Shown here one piece after another: positions 36,996-47,064 of a stretch of DNA of 64,000 bases. A program made the position numbers and the translations under genes. The notes below the pieces were generated by a model, which saw nothing but the letters and a program-made list of their open reading frames with translations, had not been told where the DNA came from and did not search any database. How positions within the stretch are numbered: the first letter of the stretch is position 1; each line of letters begins with the position of its first letter. Source of the stretch: an uncultured Thermodesulfobacteriota bacterium (GTDB lineage: Bacteria > Desulfobacterota > Desulfarculia > JACQYL01); the NCBI GenBank assembly GCA_964597345.1, contig CAZQXK010000001.1, positions 94,777-158,776 on the forward strand, written 5' to 3'.

Positions 36996-39257
36996 ATGCG
37001 CCTTCGATGGCTTCCCTGGAAATTCATACTTCGTCAGGCCGCCCGAGCCCACGGGTTCCTGGATCCTTTGCGGATCTTTTCACAGCTCACGAAGTTCGCG
37101 CAACCTTCGGAAGTAGCGGCTCCCGTGGAGTTGATCCGGGCCGGGCTCGTCTTCCACGCACGGGGTCTGCTCAACACCAAAGCCATTCAGAATAACCTGG
37201 ACTGGATATGGCCCTTCTGGGTGCGCCGCCAGTTTGATCCCCGGGATCGAGCCTTTGTCCCGAGGGCTTTTTCCATCACACATGTAAATCTGACCAACAG
37301 AAATTGGACCGCCGTCGGGGTTCCGGATGTTCCGGTATTTCCTTTGGTGGATCCTCGAGGACTCGTGACGCCGTTCTTTGATGGTTGGTCTCTGGATTCC
37401 TGGATCGTGTCCCCGGCGGATGGGATGCTGGTTCCTTCCCAGTTGCATGACCTGGAGCAAACCCTTCAGTATGATGCGGGTCGACTGGCCGTTTGTACGC
37501 GGTGTCGCACGAAGGAATTTCAATTGGAGTCCGTCGTGGAAACGGAAATACGCGGCAACAGGCCCTATTGCAGAGTACGGTACGGCATCCGGGCGGAAGG
37601 TCTTCGTGGAGCCTGGTTTGCCCTGGCAGTGCGGCCTTATAATCCCGAAGGGGTCAGTTTTGTACATCACATCTCCGCGTCGCCCGATGGGAGGGCGTGG
37701 ACCGTGAACCATATTCCATGCATGCAGTTGGAGCCCGCCATGAAGCGTCATGTGTGCTCCACCTACAAACAGGGTGATGTCTTTCTGAGACTGCTGGAGC
37801 ACCGGGAACGTCTCGAAACGGAGTGCCATGTGGGCATGGCGTCCGGAGCGGCCCTGTACGAACTGCCGCCCCAGGGCTCCTTGGATGTCCAGGTCCGTGT
37901 GGACTTGTGTGCGGACCCTCAGACGAAGATCCCCGTTTCAACGAGAAGGGCGAACCGGAGCTGGAAGGAGGCCCTGGAAGGGATATGCGCGTTGACGGTT
38001 CCGGATCATCGAATGCGGTTTTTGTACGAGGCGGCGGTTCGGTTTATGATTCTTCATACTCCTCTGGACGTGTATCCGGGACCCTTCACGTACAAAAGGT
38101 TCTGGTTTCGGGATGCGGTTCTAATCCTCCATGCGTTGCTTTGCGTCGGTGCGCATGAACGGGTGGAGCGGGCCGTGAACCGGTTTCCCCGGCGACAGAG
38201 CGTGGCCGGCTACTTCCATTCCCAGGAAGGAGAGTGGGACTCCAATGGGCAGGTGCTCTGGTTCATGCGCAGGTTCTGCGAAGTGACCGGGCGTCCGTGC
38301 CCCACGGAATGGTTTAAGGCCTTGAAAAAAGGGGCTGCGTGGATTCTCCGCAAGAGGCTTCCGGCGGATTCGGAAGAACTCCATGCGGGGCTTCTTCCGG
38401 CGGGTTTCAGTGCGGAGCATTTCGGGAACAACGATTACTATTATTGGGATGACTATTGGGCTGTTGCCGGGTTGCGGTCTGCGGCCGCCGTCTGCGAAGA
38501 GGAAGGAAATGAACGGGAGGCGATGCGATTCCAGAAGGAGGCGGATCGGTTCATGGAAAGTGTGGAGAGATCTTTGGAACGCTCCAAGACGATTCGGCGC
38601 CACGAGGGCATCCCGGCATCTCCCTATCGCAGAATGGATTCGGGGGCCGTGGGCTCTATGGTGGCGAGCTACCCCCTCCAGTTGTTGCCCGCGGAAGAGC
38701 CGAGGCTTCTGAGTACCATCGAATATCTGCTGGAGCACTGCTTCGTCTCCGATGCATTTTTTCAGGACATGATTCATTCGGGAATGAACGTATATCTTTC
38801 GCTGCACTGCGCCCAAGTGCTTTTGAGGGCCGGAGATCCGCGATTCTATCCCATCGTGATGCGGGTGGTCGAATTGGCCTCCCCCACGGGGCAATGGCCC
38901 GAGGCCATTCACCCGCAAACGTTGGGTGGCTGCATGGGAGACGGCCAACATATGTGGGCCGCGGCGGAATGGGTCATGATGATGCGTAACCTGTTCGTGC
39001 GGGAGGAAGATCGGAAGTTGGTTCTGCTTCAAGGAATTCCGGAATCCTGGTGGAGGGCGGGGCAACTCATGGAGATCGGACCGGTGCACACCCGTTTTGG
39101 CTCACTGCACCTGAAAGTTCAACCCGGTTCGGAGGGTTTCCAAGCCTCTTGGGAGGCTTCCTGGCATTCTCCTCCCGAAGCAATGGAAATTTGTTGCATG
39201 GATGGAAAGAAGCTTTCTTTGCCGGGATTGAACCAGGGGAGTGTCTCCGTCGCTTAG
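36996..39257 (+). CDS. large six-hairpin-type glycoside hydrolase-like protein (GH63/GDE-like?), function unknown
   Basis: 753-aa soluble protein. Weak recognition only (aromatic/acidic-rich C-terminal half, e.g. GDGQHMWAAAEW). Ribosome-binding site before the ATG at 36996. Confidence 0.35.
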   Translation: MRLRWLPWKFILRQAARAHGFLDPLRIFSQLTKFAQPSEVAAPVELIRAGLVFHARGLLNTKAIQNNLDWIWPFWVRRQFDPRDRAFVPRAFSITHVNLTNRNWTAVGVPDVPVFPLVDPRGLVTPFFDGWSLDSWIVSPADGMLVPSQLHDLEQTLQYDAGRLAVCTRCRTKEFQLESVVETEIRGNRPYCRVRYGIRAEGLRGAWFALAVRPYNPEGVSFVHHISASPDGRAWTVNHIPCMQLEPAMKRHVCSTYKQGDVFLRLLEHRERLETECHVGMASGAALYELPPQGSLDVQVRVDLCADPQTKIPVSTRRANRSWKEALEGICALTVPDHRMRFLYEAAVRFMILHTPLDVYPGPFTYKRFWFRDAVLILHALLCVGAHERVERAVNRFPRRQSVAGYFHSQEGEWDSNGQVLWFMRRFCEVTGRPCPTEWFKALKKGAAWILRKRLPADSEELHAGLLPAGFSAEHFGNNDYYYWDDYWAVAGLRSAAAVCEEEGNEREAMRFQKEADRFMESVERSLERSKTIRRHEGIPASPYRRMDSGAVGSMVASYPLQLLPAEEPRLLSTIEYLLEHCFVSDAFFQDMIHSGMNVYLSLHCAQVLLRAGDPRFYPIVMRVVELASPTGQWPEAIHPQTLGGCMGDGQHMWAAAEWVMMMRNLFVREEDRKLVLLQGIPESWWRAGQLMEIGPVHTRFGSLHLKVQPGSEGFQASWEASWHSPPEAMEICCMDGKKLSLPGLNQGSVSVA

Positions 39258-39263
39258 CCGCCC

Positions 39264-39447
39264 GTTGATAACCGTATTGCGGGCAGGCCGGTACAAAAGA
39301 TGAGATGCAAGCCAGGCCCTCGACCACGCCGCCGGCGTGGCGAATCCTGAGGAACGCGCCGTACTACAACAGTACGCCGCAATGACGAAGGAGGAAGCGT
39401 CGCGCCGAGGGCGTGAAAGCAGATCGCATTTTTAAACGGCCTGTTGA
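39264..39447 (-). repeat. intergenic palindromic repeat, copy 8 (about 35-bp internal insertion)
   Basis: GTTGATAACCGTATTGCGGGCAGGCCGGTACAAAAGATGAGATGCAAGCC...GCGAATCCTGAGGAACGCGCCGTACTACAACAGTACGCCGCAATGACGAAGGAGGAAGCGTCGCGCC...GCAGATCGCATTTTTAAACGGCCTG. Confidence 0.8.
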
Positions 39448-39544
39448 CCAGCCGATCGTTCGAGAGCGGGTACACCGGGAGAGGGGCGCAAGATGCCGCC
39501 GGTTTCTTCCCTGGAGCCCTGTTTGCTCGCGACAGGAGGCCGGC

Positions 39545-40855
39545 ATGAAGATCATGATGTTCACCAATACGTTTACGCCTCACGTAGGCGGAGTGGCCCG
39601 CTCCGTGGAGCGGTTTTCCGAGGAATTTCGCGAACTGGGTCACTCCGTGGTAGTGGTGGCTCCGGAATTTGAAGACCAGCCGGAACTCGATCGGAACGTC
39701 ATCCGAGTCCCCGCCATTCAGAAATTCCACGGAGGCGACTTCTCGGTGAGCCTCCCGTTGGTTACGCTGGAAAAACTGCTCCAACACACGCGCAGACCCG
39801 ATATCATCCATTCCCACCATCCATATCTTCTCGGAGACACGGCACTGCGGCTGAGCGCCAAGATCGGAGTTCCGGTGGTATTCACCCACCACACCATGTA
39901 CGAGCAGTATACCCATTACGTGCCGGGGGACTCACCGGCCATGAAGCGGTTCGTAGTCGAACTGGCTACACGATACGCCAATATGTGTTCCCGTGTCATT
40001 GCCCCCAGTGAAAGCGTAAGAACCGTGTTGAGGGGTCGAGGAGTAGATGCTCCCATTGCGATTATTCCCACGGGAGTGGACGTGGACCGTTTTGCCGCGG
40101 GGGACGGGGAAAGGGTGCGGTTACGATACGGTATACCTCGTGGAGCCTTCGTCGTGGGCTATCTCGGTCGCCTCGCTCCTGAAAAGAACCTGGATTTTTT
40201 GGCTCGAGCCGTGGCTCACTTCCTGAGGTTGCGCGCCGATGCCCGGTTTCTCGTGGGAGGATACGGTCCGTCCTCGAAACACATTCAAACGGCATGCGCG
40301 AAAGAAGGCGTTCTGCATCGCGTGCATTTTGCGGGACGTCTAAAGGGTGGAGATGTGGTGGATGCGTATCATGCCATGGATGTGTTCGCCTTCGCGTCCA
40401 AAACGGAAACCCAGGGTATGGTTTTGGCGGAAGCCATGGCGGCGGGGATACCCGTCGTGGCTCTGGATGCTCCCGGCGTACGGGAAGTGGTGCAAAGCGG
40501 TCGGACCGGCGTCTTGTTGCGCTCGGAGGGCCTGAAGGAGTTCCGTGATGCGCTGGGATGGGTGGAAGAATGCCTTGCGCGGAATCCGAAAGCTTTCAAA
40601 AAGGCCTGTGTGGATACGGCGCGGTCCTTTTCCATGCGGAACTGTGCTCTTGCCGCAATAGCCTTGTATCATGAGGCCATCAGCCGGGGCGCCGCCGAAA
40701 GGCCGTTCGACATGAGCCGTTGGGAGTCCTTGTTGCGTTCCCTCCGGAGAGAATGGGAATTGTGGAACAGCCGGTTGTTGTCTCTGGCCGATGCCCTGCT
40801 GAGCGACGAGGCGCGTCTCGGTGAGGATGAGGAGCAACGGGAGGATGATTCGTGA
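39545..40855 (+). CDS. GT4 (group 1) glycosyltransferase
   Basis: Two-Rossmann GT-B layout. C-terminal EX7E-type motif region (TETQGMVLAEAMAAGIPVVALDAPGVREVV). Confidence 0.75.
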   Translation: MKIMMFTNTFTPHVGGVARSVERFSEEFRELGHSVVVVAPEFEDQPELDRNVIRVPAIQKFHGGDFSVSLPLVTLEKLLQHTRRPDIIHSHHPYLLGDTALRLSAKIGVPVVFTHHTMYEQYTHYVPGDSPAMKRFVVELATRYANMCSRVIAPSESVRTVLRGRGVDAPIAIIPTGVDVDRFAAGDGERVRLRYGIPRGAFVVGYLGRLAPEKNLDFLARAVAHFLRLRADARFLVGGYGPSSKHIQTACAKEGVLHRVHFAGRLKGGDVVDAYHAMDVFAFASKTETQGMVLAEAMAAGIPVVALDAPGVREVVQSGRTGVLLRSEGLKEFRDALGWVEECLARNPKAFKKACVDTARSFSMRNCALAAIALYHEAISRGAAERPFDMSRWESLLRSLRREWELWNSRLLSLADALLSDEARLGEDEEQREDDS

Positions 40856-40885
40856 TACGCCGCGAGAGCCTCCTCTTACCAACCC

Positions 40886-40975
40886 GTTGAAAAAGCGTAT
40901 TTCGCGCAGGCCGGCGAAAAACGCGATCTGCCGTCACGCCGACGGCGTCAGTGTGCATGCCGGTTTTCAACCGGC
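40886..40975. repeat. degenerate, shortened copy 9 of the palindromic repeat
   Basis: GTTGAAAAAGCGTATTTCGCGCAGGCCGGCGAAAAACGCGATCTGCCGTCACGCCGACGGCGTCAG...GGTTTTCAACCGGCC retains both terminal motifs but lacks most of the arms. Confidence 0.5.
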
Positions 40976-40978
40976 CCG

Positions 40979-41926
40979 TTAAGGGTGTTGTTCCAAATAG
41001 CACAGCAGCCGCCGATACAGGCGTTCCGTGTCTTCTTTACGGCACAATTCGGAGCCCGGAGTCATGACGGCGGCGGAACCGGCGGCAAGGCCGTAACATG
41101 CGGCCTCGTGCACGGAAGCTCCCCGGGCCAAGTGGAAGACGATACCGGCCACCATACTGTCGCCAGCGCCCACCTTGCTCCGAATGGGAACGGTGGGGGC
41201 CCGCAATCGCCGCACGCCTTCGTTCGAAGCCAGGATGATTCCAGCGGCTCCCAGGGAGACCACCACCACTTCGGTACTCCCGCGATTCACCAGTTCCAGG
41301 GCGGCTCGTTCCTGATCCGTCTCCTCGGAAAGCGGATCTCCCACGAGTTCCTTCAGTTCTCTCAGGTTCGGTTTGATCAGGAACACCGCCTCCCGAAGTG
41401 TTTCACCGAAGGCTTTCCCCGAGGTGTCCAGTACGACCCGAATTCCCTTGCTTCGAATCCCGCGTACGGCTTGCGCATAGAAATCCGCCGGCGCGTTGCG
41501 GGGGAGACTTCCGCTCAGCACCAGGATCCCCCCGTGCTGAAGATTCTTGGGAAGCAGGTCCAGGCAGGCCTTCCACTCGGCCTCCTGAAGCACCGGCCCC
41601 GGAGTTCCGAAACGAAATTGCCGCTCGCTGGATCGTTCGAACACGATGAAGTTTTCACGGGTCCAGCTCTCCGTTGGCACGGATGCCCGGCTAATGCGCT
41701 CCTCGTCCAGAAGCGCCCCGAGAATTCCGCCGGTGGGACCACCTGTGGGGTAAAGGGCCATGGATTCGCCGCCGAGCTTGCGGATGGCCCTGGACACATT
41801 GATGCCGCCCCCTCCGGGCTCGTAAACGGCTTCGTCACAACGCAATTTCCGTTCAGCCACCACCTGGTCGATGGCCGTATTAATGTCCACGGCCGGGTTC
41901 ATGGTGAGCGTCACTATGGTTTCCAT
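40979..41926 (-). CDS. PfkB-family carbohydrate kinase (1-phosphofructokinase/tagatose-6-phosphate kinase-like)
   Basis: DTSGKAF...PNLRELKEL...GAGDSMVAGIV (PfkB signature 2). Confidence 0.8.
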   Translation of the reverse strand: METIVTLTMNPAVDINTAIDQVVAERKLRCDEAVYEPGGGGINVSRAIRKLGGESMALYPTGGPTGGILGALLDEERISRASVPTESWTRENFIVFERSSERQFRFGTPGPVLQEAEWKACLDLLPKNLQHGGILVLSGSLPRNAPADFYAQAVRGIRSKGIRVVLDTSGKAFGETLREAVFLIKPNLRELKELVGDPLSEETDQERAALELVNRGSTEVVVVSLGAAGIILASNEGVRRLRAPTVPIRSKVGAGDSMVAGIVFHLARGASVHEAACYGLAAGSAAVMTPGSELCRKEDTERLYRRLLCYLEQHP

Positions 41927-42348
41927 CCTGCCCTACCCCTTTCTCAAACGGAGATTCCGGTCCCCATTCAGGGGCGGATCCCCATCTCCTGTTCACTCTG
42001 GGCGATCCGAAGAGATCCTGTCACGGGTATATGAATCCGCTTCCGCCCATGATACGGGATGGGAGTCCGCAAGGCAAACGCCCCTGGGGTCCGCCTAAAA
42101 GAACACACAAACGATCATGCACTCCGCCGGAAGGAACGCGGCGGGACCCTGCGAAGAAACTCTTATGCAATGCGCATGGGTTTTCAAAGGGCGGTTGCGG
42201 GATTATAATAAAAAAGATCATAGTCGGCCGCAGAGGCGCTGAGCTGGAAGCCGCCCGGGCCAATCTATCGGGCGCGAGGCGTGTGCGGTGCGGAGCGGCC
42301 ACTGGAACTCGATCAACCCAATCCATTTTGAATGAGAGGAGGATTCCC

Positions 42349-42795
42349 ATGGATCTTACCACTAGAAAGAGACGGCCTTCGTGGATGACTCCCTTCGGCG
42401 GTGAGGGATGGGGCGATGCCTGGATGGACCGTTTGTGGCCGGAATGGGCTCGCTGGCAGGGTGGAGAAGTACGGGTGAATATGAACGTCTCCGAAAAAGA
42501 AGGAAAGTATGTCCTGAATGCCGAATTACCCGGTATCGATAAGGACAATCTCTCCATTTCCATCGATAACAATGTGGTCACCATTACCGGCAAGAAGGAA
42601 GAAAGTAAAGAAGAGCAGGGTGCGACGTTCTATCTGAAAGAATCCACGTACGGGGCGTTTTCCCGGTCGATACGGCTGCCTTCCGAAGTGGATGAAGACA
42701 AGGTCGAGGCGTCTTTCAAAGACGGGGTCCTGAAGTTGATCATGCCTCACAAAGAAGAGCAGAAAAAGCGCCGCATAGAAATCAAAGCGGAGTGA
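42349..42795 (+). CDS. Hsp20/alpha-crystallin family small heat-shock protein
   Basis: Alpha-crystallin domain (VNMNVSEKEGKYVLNAELPGIDKDNLSISIDNNVVTITGKK...AFSRSIRLP...ASFKDGVLKLIMPH). GAGAGGAGG ribosome-binding site. Confidence 0.8.
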   Translation: MDLTTRKRRPSWMTPFGGEGWGDAWMDRLWPEWARWQGGEVRVNMNVSEKEGKYVLNAELPGIDKDNLSISIDNNVVTITGKKEESKEEQGATFYLKESTYGAFSRSIRLPSEVDEDKVEASFKDGVLKLIMPHKEEQKKRRIEIKAE

Positions 42796-42992
42796 TTGAA
42801 AACCGGGTTATGCAAGGGCGCGGAGGCGGGAAGAGCCTCCGCGCCCTACGAAGTGCGCCTTTTGGGCGTGAACGCGCGTCCAAGCGAATTGGAAAGATGG
42901 CGCCCGCCGGGGGAAAGGGAAAAGCAGCCTCAGGGCGATGCCTCCCTGCGTCAGCGCCTTTGGCGGTAAGAAGGGTTGAGACGCCGGAGTGC

Positions 42993-44156
42993 TCAGGCTT
43001 TGGGGTTTTCCGGTTCCAGAATATGTTTCACTTCGATGAATCGGAGCAGGCCCGTTTTGGTCAGAATGCCGGCCATTTTACCGTGTTCCATGATGACGAG
43101 CAGACCGGCGCCGGTCTGGGTCATCCGCTTGAGAGAATCCGCCAGCGAATCTTCGGGCCTTGCCTGTGCGGCCGTATCCGCGGTTTTCATGATGTCCCGA
43201 ACGTAGGTGGTTTCGCGCCGCTCCACAGGGATGTCCTTGACCTGGCCGATGGAGACGACACCCCGGAAGACGCCCCCCTCCATTACGGGAAACGCATGGT
43301 ACCCGAACTTCAGGAAATAGTCCTCCGCCAATTCCTTCAGTGAGAGGCCGGGAGAGACCGTGACGGGATTCCGGAGCATGATTTCCCGAACCTGGATCCC
43401 CTCCAGCGCCTGACGAACGATCAGTTCCTGATACCCGCCCCGGGCGATGCCTCTCAAAAACATCCCGATGAAAAACAGCCAGAGACCTCCCACCAAGTTT
43501 CCCATAAAAAACTGGAATCCTCCCAGAATCATCAAAGTCAGAGCAAATCCCTTTCCGACGTCCGATGCGATGCGCGTGGCCCGGGTCAAGGACCCGCTCT
43601 TAAGCCAGACGGCGGCTCTGAGAATGCGGCCGCCGTCCAGTGGAAAGCCGGGGACGAGATTGAACACCCCCAGGGCCACGTTGATCCAGGTCAGGTACAC
43701 CAGCACCTCCACCGCAATGGGGGGAATCACTCCCTGGACCACGAGTCGGATCACCCAGAAGAGGAACGCGATGGCGAAACTGGTGGCGGGACCCACGGCG
43801 GCGATGAAAATCTCGGTCTTGGGATCCTTGGCCTCCTGGGAGATCTTGGAGATTCCTCCGAACAGGAACAGGCGGATCTCATGGATTCCTATACCCGAGA
43901 GCAGTGCGGCGACGGAATGGGCCAGCTCATGGACCAGGATGGACCCGAAAAACAACAACGTGGCCAAAAAGCCGGCCGTCCAGTACACGTGTGCAGGCTC
44001 ATCCGGGAATTTCCGCGGAAAGTACCCGGCGGACAAACCCAGGATGACGATGGCAAAGATGATGAACCACGATAAATCCAATGAGATTTGAATCCCGAAG
44101 ATCTTGAACAGCCGGATTCCGTTGTCGGGCCGATTCTTTTCGGTTGTCGGATCCAT
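42993..44156 (-). CDS. site-2 protease (M50) family metalloprotease with tandem CBS domains
   Basis: HELAH zinc motif within a polytopic membrane region. LDG motif. C-terminal CBS pair. Confidence 0.8.
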   Translation of the reverse strand: MDPTTEKNRPDNGIRLFKIFGIQISLDLSWFIIFAIVILGLSAGYFPRKFPDEPAHVYWTAGFLATLLFFGSILVHELAHSVAALLSGIGIHEIRLFLFGGISKISQEAKDPKTEIFIAAVGPATSFAIAFLFWVIRLVVQGVIPPIAVEVLVYLTWINVALGVFNLVPGFPLDGGRILRAAVWLKSGSLTRATRIASDVGKGFALTLMILGGFQFFMGNLVGGLWLFFIGMFLRGIARGGYQELIVRQALEGIQVREIMLRNPVTVSPGLSLKELAEDYFLKFGYHAFPVMEGGVFRGVVSIGQVKDIPVERRETTYVRDIMKTADTAAQARPEDSLADSLKRMTQTGAGLLVIMEHGKMAGILTKTGLLRFIEVKHILEPENPKA

Positions 44157-44901
44157 TCAGAACTCCTGCGGTATAAGGGCGTCGTAGGCTTGGCGGCCAA
44201 AAGAAAGCCGTTTGAATAAACTATACTCTTCCACCCGGAAACGGGTGTTTCGGGTGCATGCAAGGACAACGAGACCCCGGCGTCCGGATTCCACCAACGG
44301 CATTCGGGATGCCGATATTGCCGGGCGCGGAAACATTCCCCCGGGACGATGCGGCGCGAACGTCACATGATTCCGGGAAATTAACCTTCTTCGCGTATGA
44401 TGAAACGCTCTTGAGTGTGGGGTCAAGGGAAAAAACCACGTCCGTTCTTGCATCGCCCGTAGGGAAATGAGCAATCGCCGGCCTGCTAAAGGACTCCGAA
44501 AGAGAGGCCCCGTGATCCCTGGGCCATACAGTGTAGAGGATTGCTTCTTGCCGGGGAATATCTTATAGAATTCCGGTAACCGTCCGTGAGCCGTCTATCC
44601 GGAATTCGGGAACCCCGTGCGGTCCATAACGTGGAACCGGGAACACGAAACCCGGCTCCGGTATTGAGTTGCAACCGATTCACACGCTGTTCTTTATATA
44701 GGTTTCACTAGAGACGATCCGCGCTGCAGCGCCCCATCCTGCATCGTCATGGCGCATTCCGGATGCCGCTTGTTCCTCAGGATGGGCGTCCGGCCTCTCG
44801 TGGTTGTGTATCGACCTGCCGGCGGATCCGGCTTTCACCGGGCTCCAGGCGTCCGGGACCTGTGTGTGGTATTCGGAAGGTGAGGATTCGGGGGAACGGG
44901 C

Positions 44902-45558
44902 ATGAGTGAGAAGAAGAGCATTCTCATCGTGGAAGATCATACGATCATCCGGGAAGGGCTCCGGCAGATCCTGGCGAGAGTGCCGTCCTACGAAGTCGTG
45001 GCGGAAGCTTCCGACGGGCTGGAAGCCGTCCGATGCGTGGATCAGATGGAGCCGGATCTGGTGCTCATGGATCTTTCCATGCCTCGGATGAACGGGTTGC
45101 AGGCTACGCGGGAGATCAAGTCCCGGCACCCGCGCACCAAGGTGCTTATTCTGACCGTGCACAAGACCGAGGAACACGTACTGGAGGCGTTTAAATCAGG
45201 GGCCGACGGCTTTGTTCTGAAGTACGCCACCAAAGATGAATTGCTGCTGGCCCTGGAAAGCGTGTTCAACGGGGAGACCTTCATCAGCCCCATGATCAGC
45301 GGCAAGGTCATTGAAGGATACCTGGGAGGCGTGCAGGCGGTGAAGGAGACGTCCTCGTGGGATACGTTGACGCCCCGCGAACGCCAGGTACTGAAGCTGA
45401 TCGCCGAGGGACACACGAACAAGGAAATCGCGGATTACCTGTTCCTGAGCGTAAAGACCGTGGAAACCCATCGCTCCAACATCATGCGGAAGCTCGACCT
45501 GCATAACGCTTCGGAACTCACCGCCTATGCCATGAAGCGCGGGTTGGTGGATCTTTGA
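44902..45558 (+). CDS. NarL/FixJ-family response regulator (REC + LuxR-type HTH)
   Basis: ILIVEDH...DLVLMDLSMP...K motif receiver. C-terminal LTPRERQVLKLIAEGHTNKEIADYLFLSVKTVETHRSNIMRKL. Confidence 0.85.
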   Translation: MSEKKSILIVEDHTIIREGLRQILARVPSYEVVAEASDGLEAVRCVDQMEPDLVLMDLSMPRMNGLQATREIKSRHPRTKVLILTVHKTEEHVLEAFKSGADGFVLKYATKDELLLALESVFNGETFISPMISGKVIEGYLGGVQAVKETSSWDTLTPRERQVLKLIAEGHTNKEIADYLFLSVKTVETHRSNIMRKLDLHNASELTAYAMKRGLVDL

Positions 45559-45561
45559 CGG

Positions 45562-45705
45562 ACCGTTGAAAAACGGGATCTGCGTCGTTGGGCTTCATCC
45601 TTCGTCATTGCCGCGTACTGGTTGTACGCCTCATTCGTCAAAATTCGCCCGCCTTGCATCTCTTCATTTTACACCGGCCTGCCCGCAACACTGTTTATCG
45701 ACAGG
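45562..45705 (+). repeat. intergenic palindromic repeat, copy 10
   Basis: GTTGAAAAACGGGATCTGCGTCGTTGGGCTTCATCCTTCGTCATTGCCGCGTACTGGTTGTACGCCTCATTCGTCAAAATTCGCCCGCCTTGCATCTCTTCATTTTACACCGGCCTGCCCGCAACACTGTTTATCGACAGG. Confidence 0.85.
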
Positions 45706-45826
45706 TTGTCAAGAAACCACGTCCGAAGTCCCGCCCACTCCCAACGGAGTTTCCCGAACCCGTCGGTGGACGCCGTCGGAGCACCGTTCTCCGCGGCGCG
45801 TTCATGTCCGCTCAGACGGGACATGC

Positions 45827-47064
45827 TTACAGTTCAATACGGTCGCCCGCTCCATAGAGCACGGCGAGCATCAGGGTCAGGTACTCGCGCAGGTGCCTCG
45901 TCAGGAGGAAGTTCTCGCGGACGAATTGCTTCGCCTTGCTTCCCATTTCTTCCAGTTTGTCCCGGTGTTTCAAGAGATACCGGATGCGGAGGGCCGCACC
46001 CTCCGGAGTGCTTGCCAGGAATCCCGTGTGGTGATTGATCACCTGCAACCGGATTCCCCCGGTGTTGCCTCCGATGACGGGTTTTCCCTTCCACATGGCT
46101 TCGGTGACGGTGAGTCCGAAGCCTTCCCGGATGGATTTCTGGAGCACAATGTCGGAAGCCCGTTGGAGGGCATTGACCGTCACGTGGGCATCCGGCGGCA
46201 GTAGGAGCAGGTGAATGTCGGGATCGTCTCCGGCGGCGGCTTTGACCTCACGGAAGACTTCTTCTCCTTCGGGATCGTCGGAAGCTCCTCCCCCCGCCAG
46301 CACCAATTGGGCGGGTACGTATTCCTTGATCAGGCGGTAAGCCTGTACGACGCCCAAGGGATCCTTGAACCGGTCGAAGCGGGAAATCTGCGTGAGAATG
46401 GGACGATCGGGATCCAATTTCCACTGGGTGTACGCCGCGTCCATTTCGTTCGGTTGCAGGTCCCGGTTCTTGTCACTCAGTGGGTCGATGCTGGGAGCGA
46501 TGAGGTACAATGGATGCGGCAAAGGTTGGGCAAACGCGGACAAAGACCAGATGCTCGCGTCGTATTCGATCACAAACCGGCGCAGATATTTCCACACCTG
46601 CCGGTACGGGCGACTCACGTCGATGTGGCAACGCCAGATCCATTTGCCTTTCCGTTTGGGAAAGTGGGAAAGCAGCGGGGCGGGTTGGGGATCGTGGATG
46701 AACACCATGTCCGCCTGTTCGAGACATTCGCCGAGCCGCCCGGCGTTTTCACGGACGGTGCTTTCATAGACGTCCAGGAGATGTGCGGGAATATCCACCA
46801 CGTTTCCCTGAAGCGCGTTGTGGAAGTTTTTGGTGCACTGATAGAACTCCGCTTCACCCGTAATGATTTCCCATACCGCGCGAAGGCCGAGTTCCTCCTT
46901 GAGGGGGATGAGACGGTGCAGGATTTCCGCCACGCCGCCCCCTTCACGGGTGGAGTTGATATGCACCACCTTCTTGCCTTCCAACGGCTTGGCCAGCTGC
47001 CTCAGGTGTTCGATGACCGCTTTTCCGACAATTTCCGCGTATTGCTCCAGCAGAGTGGTCATTA
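45827..47064 (-). CDS. treT: trehalose synthase TreT-like GT4 glycosyltransferase (nucleotide-sugar:glucose trehalose-forming)
   Basis: N-terminus MTTLLEQYAEIVGKAVIEHLRQLAKPLEGKKVVHINSTREGGGVAEIL and FHNALQGN match the TreT family pattern. GT4 C-terminal domain. Start overlaps the upstream stop. Confidence 0.6.

Noticed and set aside
36996-39257. Firm assignment of the 753-aa protein as glycogen-debranching (GDE) or mannosylglycerate hydrolase (GH63)
   Set aside because: Only vague similarity recalled from memory. Kept as a hydrolase-like protein of unknown function pending a profile search.
42031-42348. 254-aa version of the Hsp20 ORF and a sigma-32/sigma-54 promoter upstream
   Set aside because: The alpha-crystallin domain begins at MDLTTRK with an excellent ribosome-binding site. 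The upstream 106 codons are unrelated. Promoter-like hexamers had poor spacing, so no promoter is called.
6993-45705. Possibility that the repeated about 145-bp elements are a CRISPR array
   Set aside because: Copies are 1-10 kb apart, in both orientations, of unequal degeneration and without uniform spacers. No cas genes are present.
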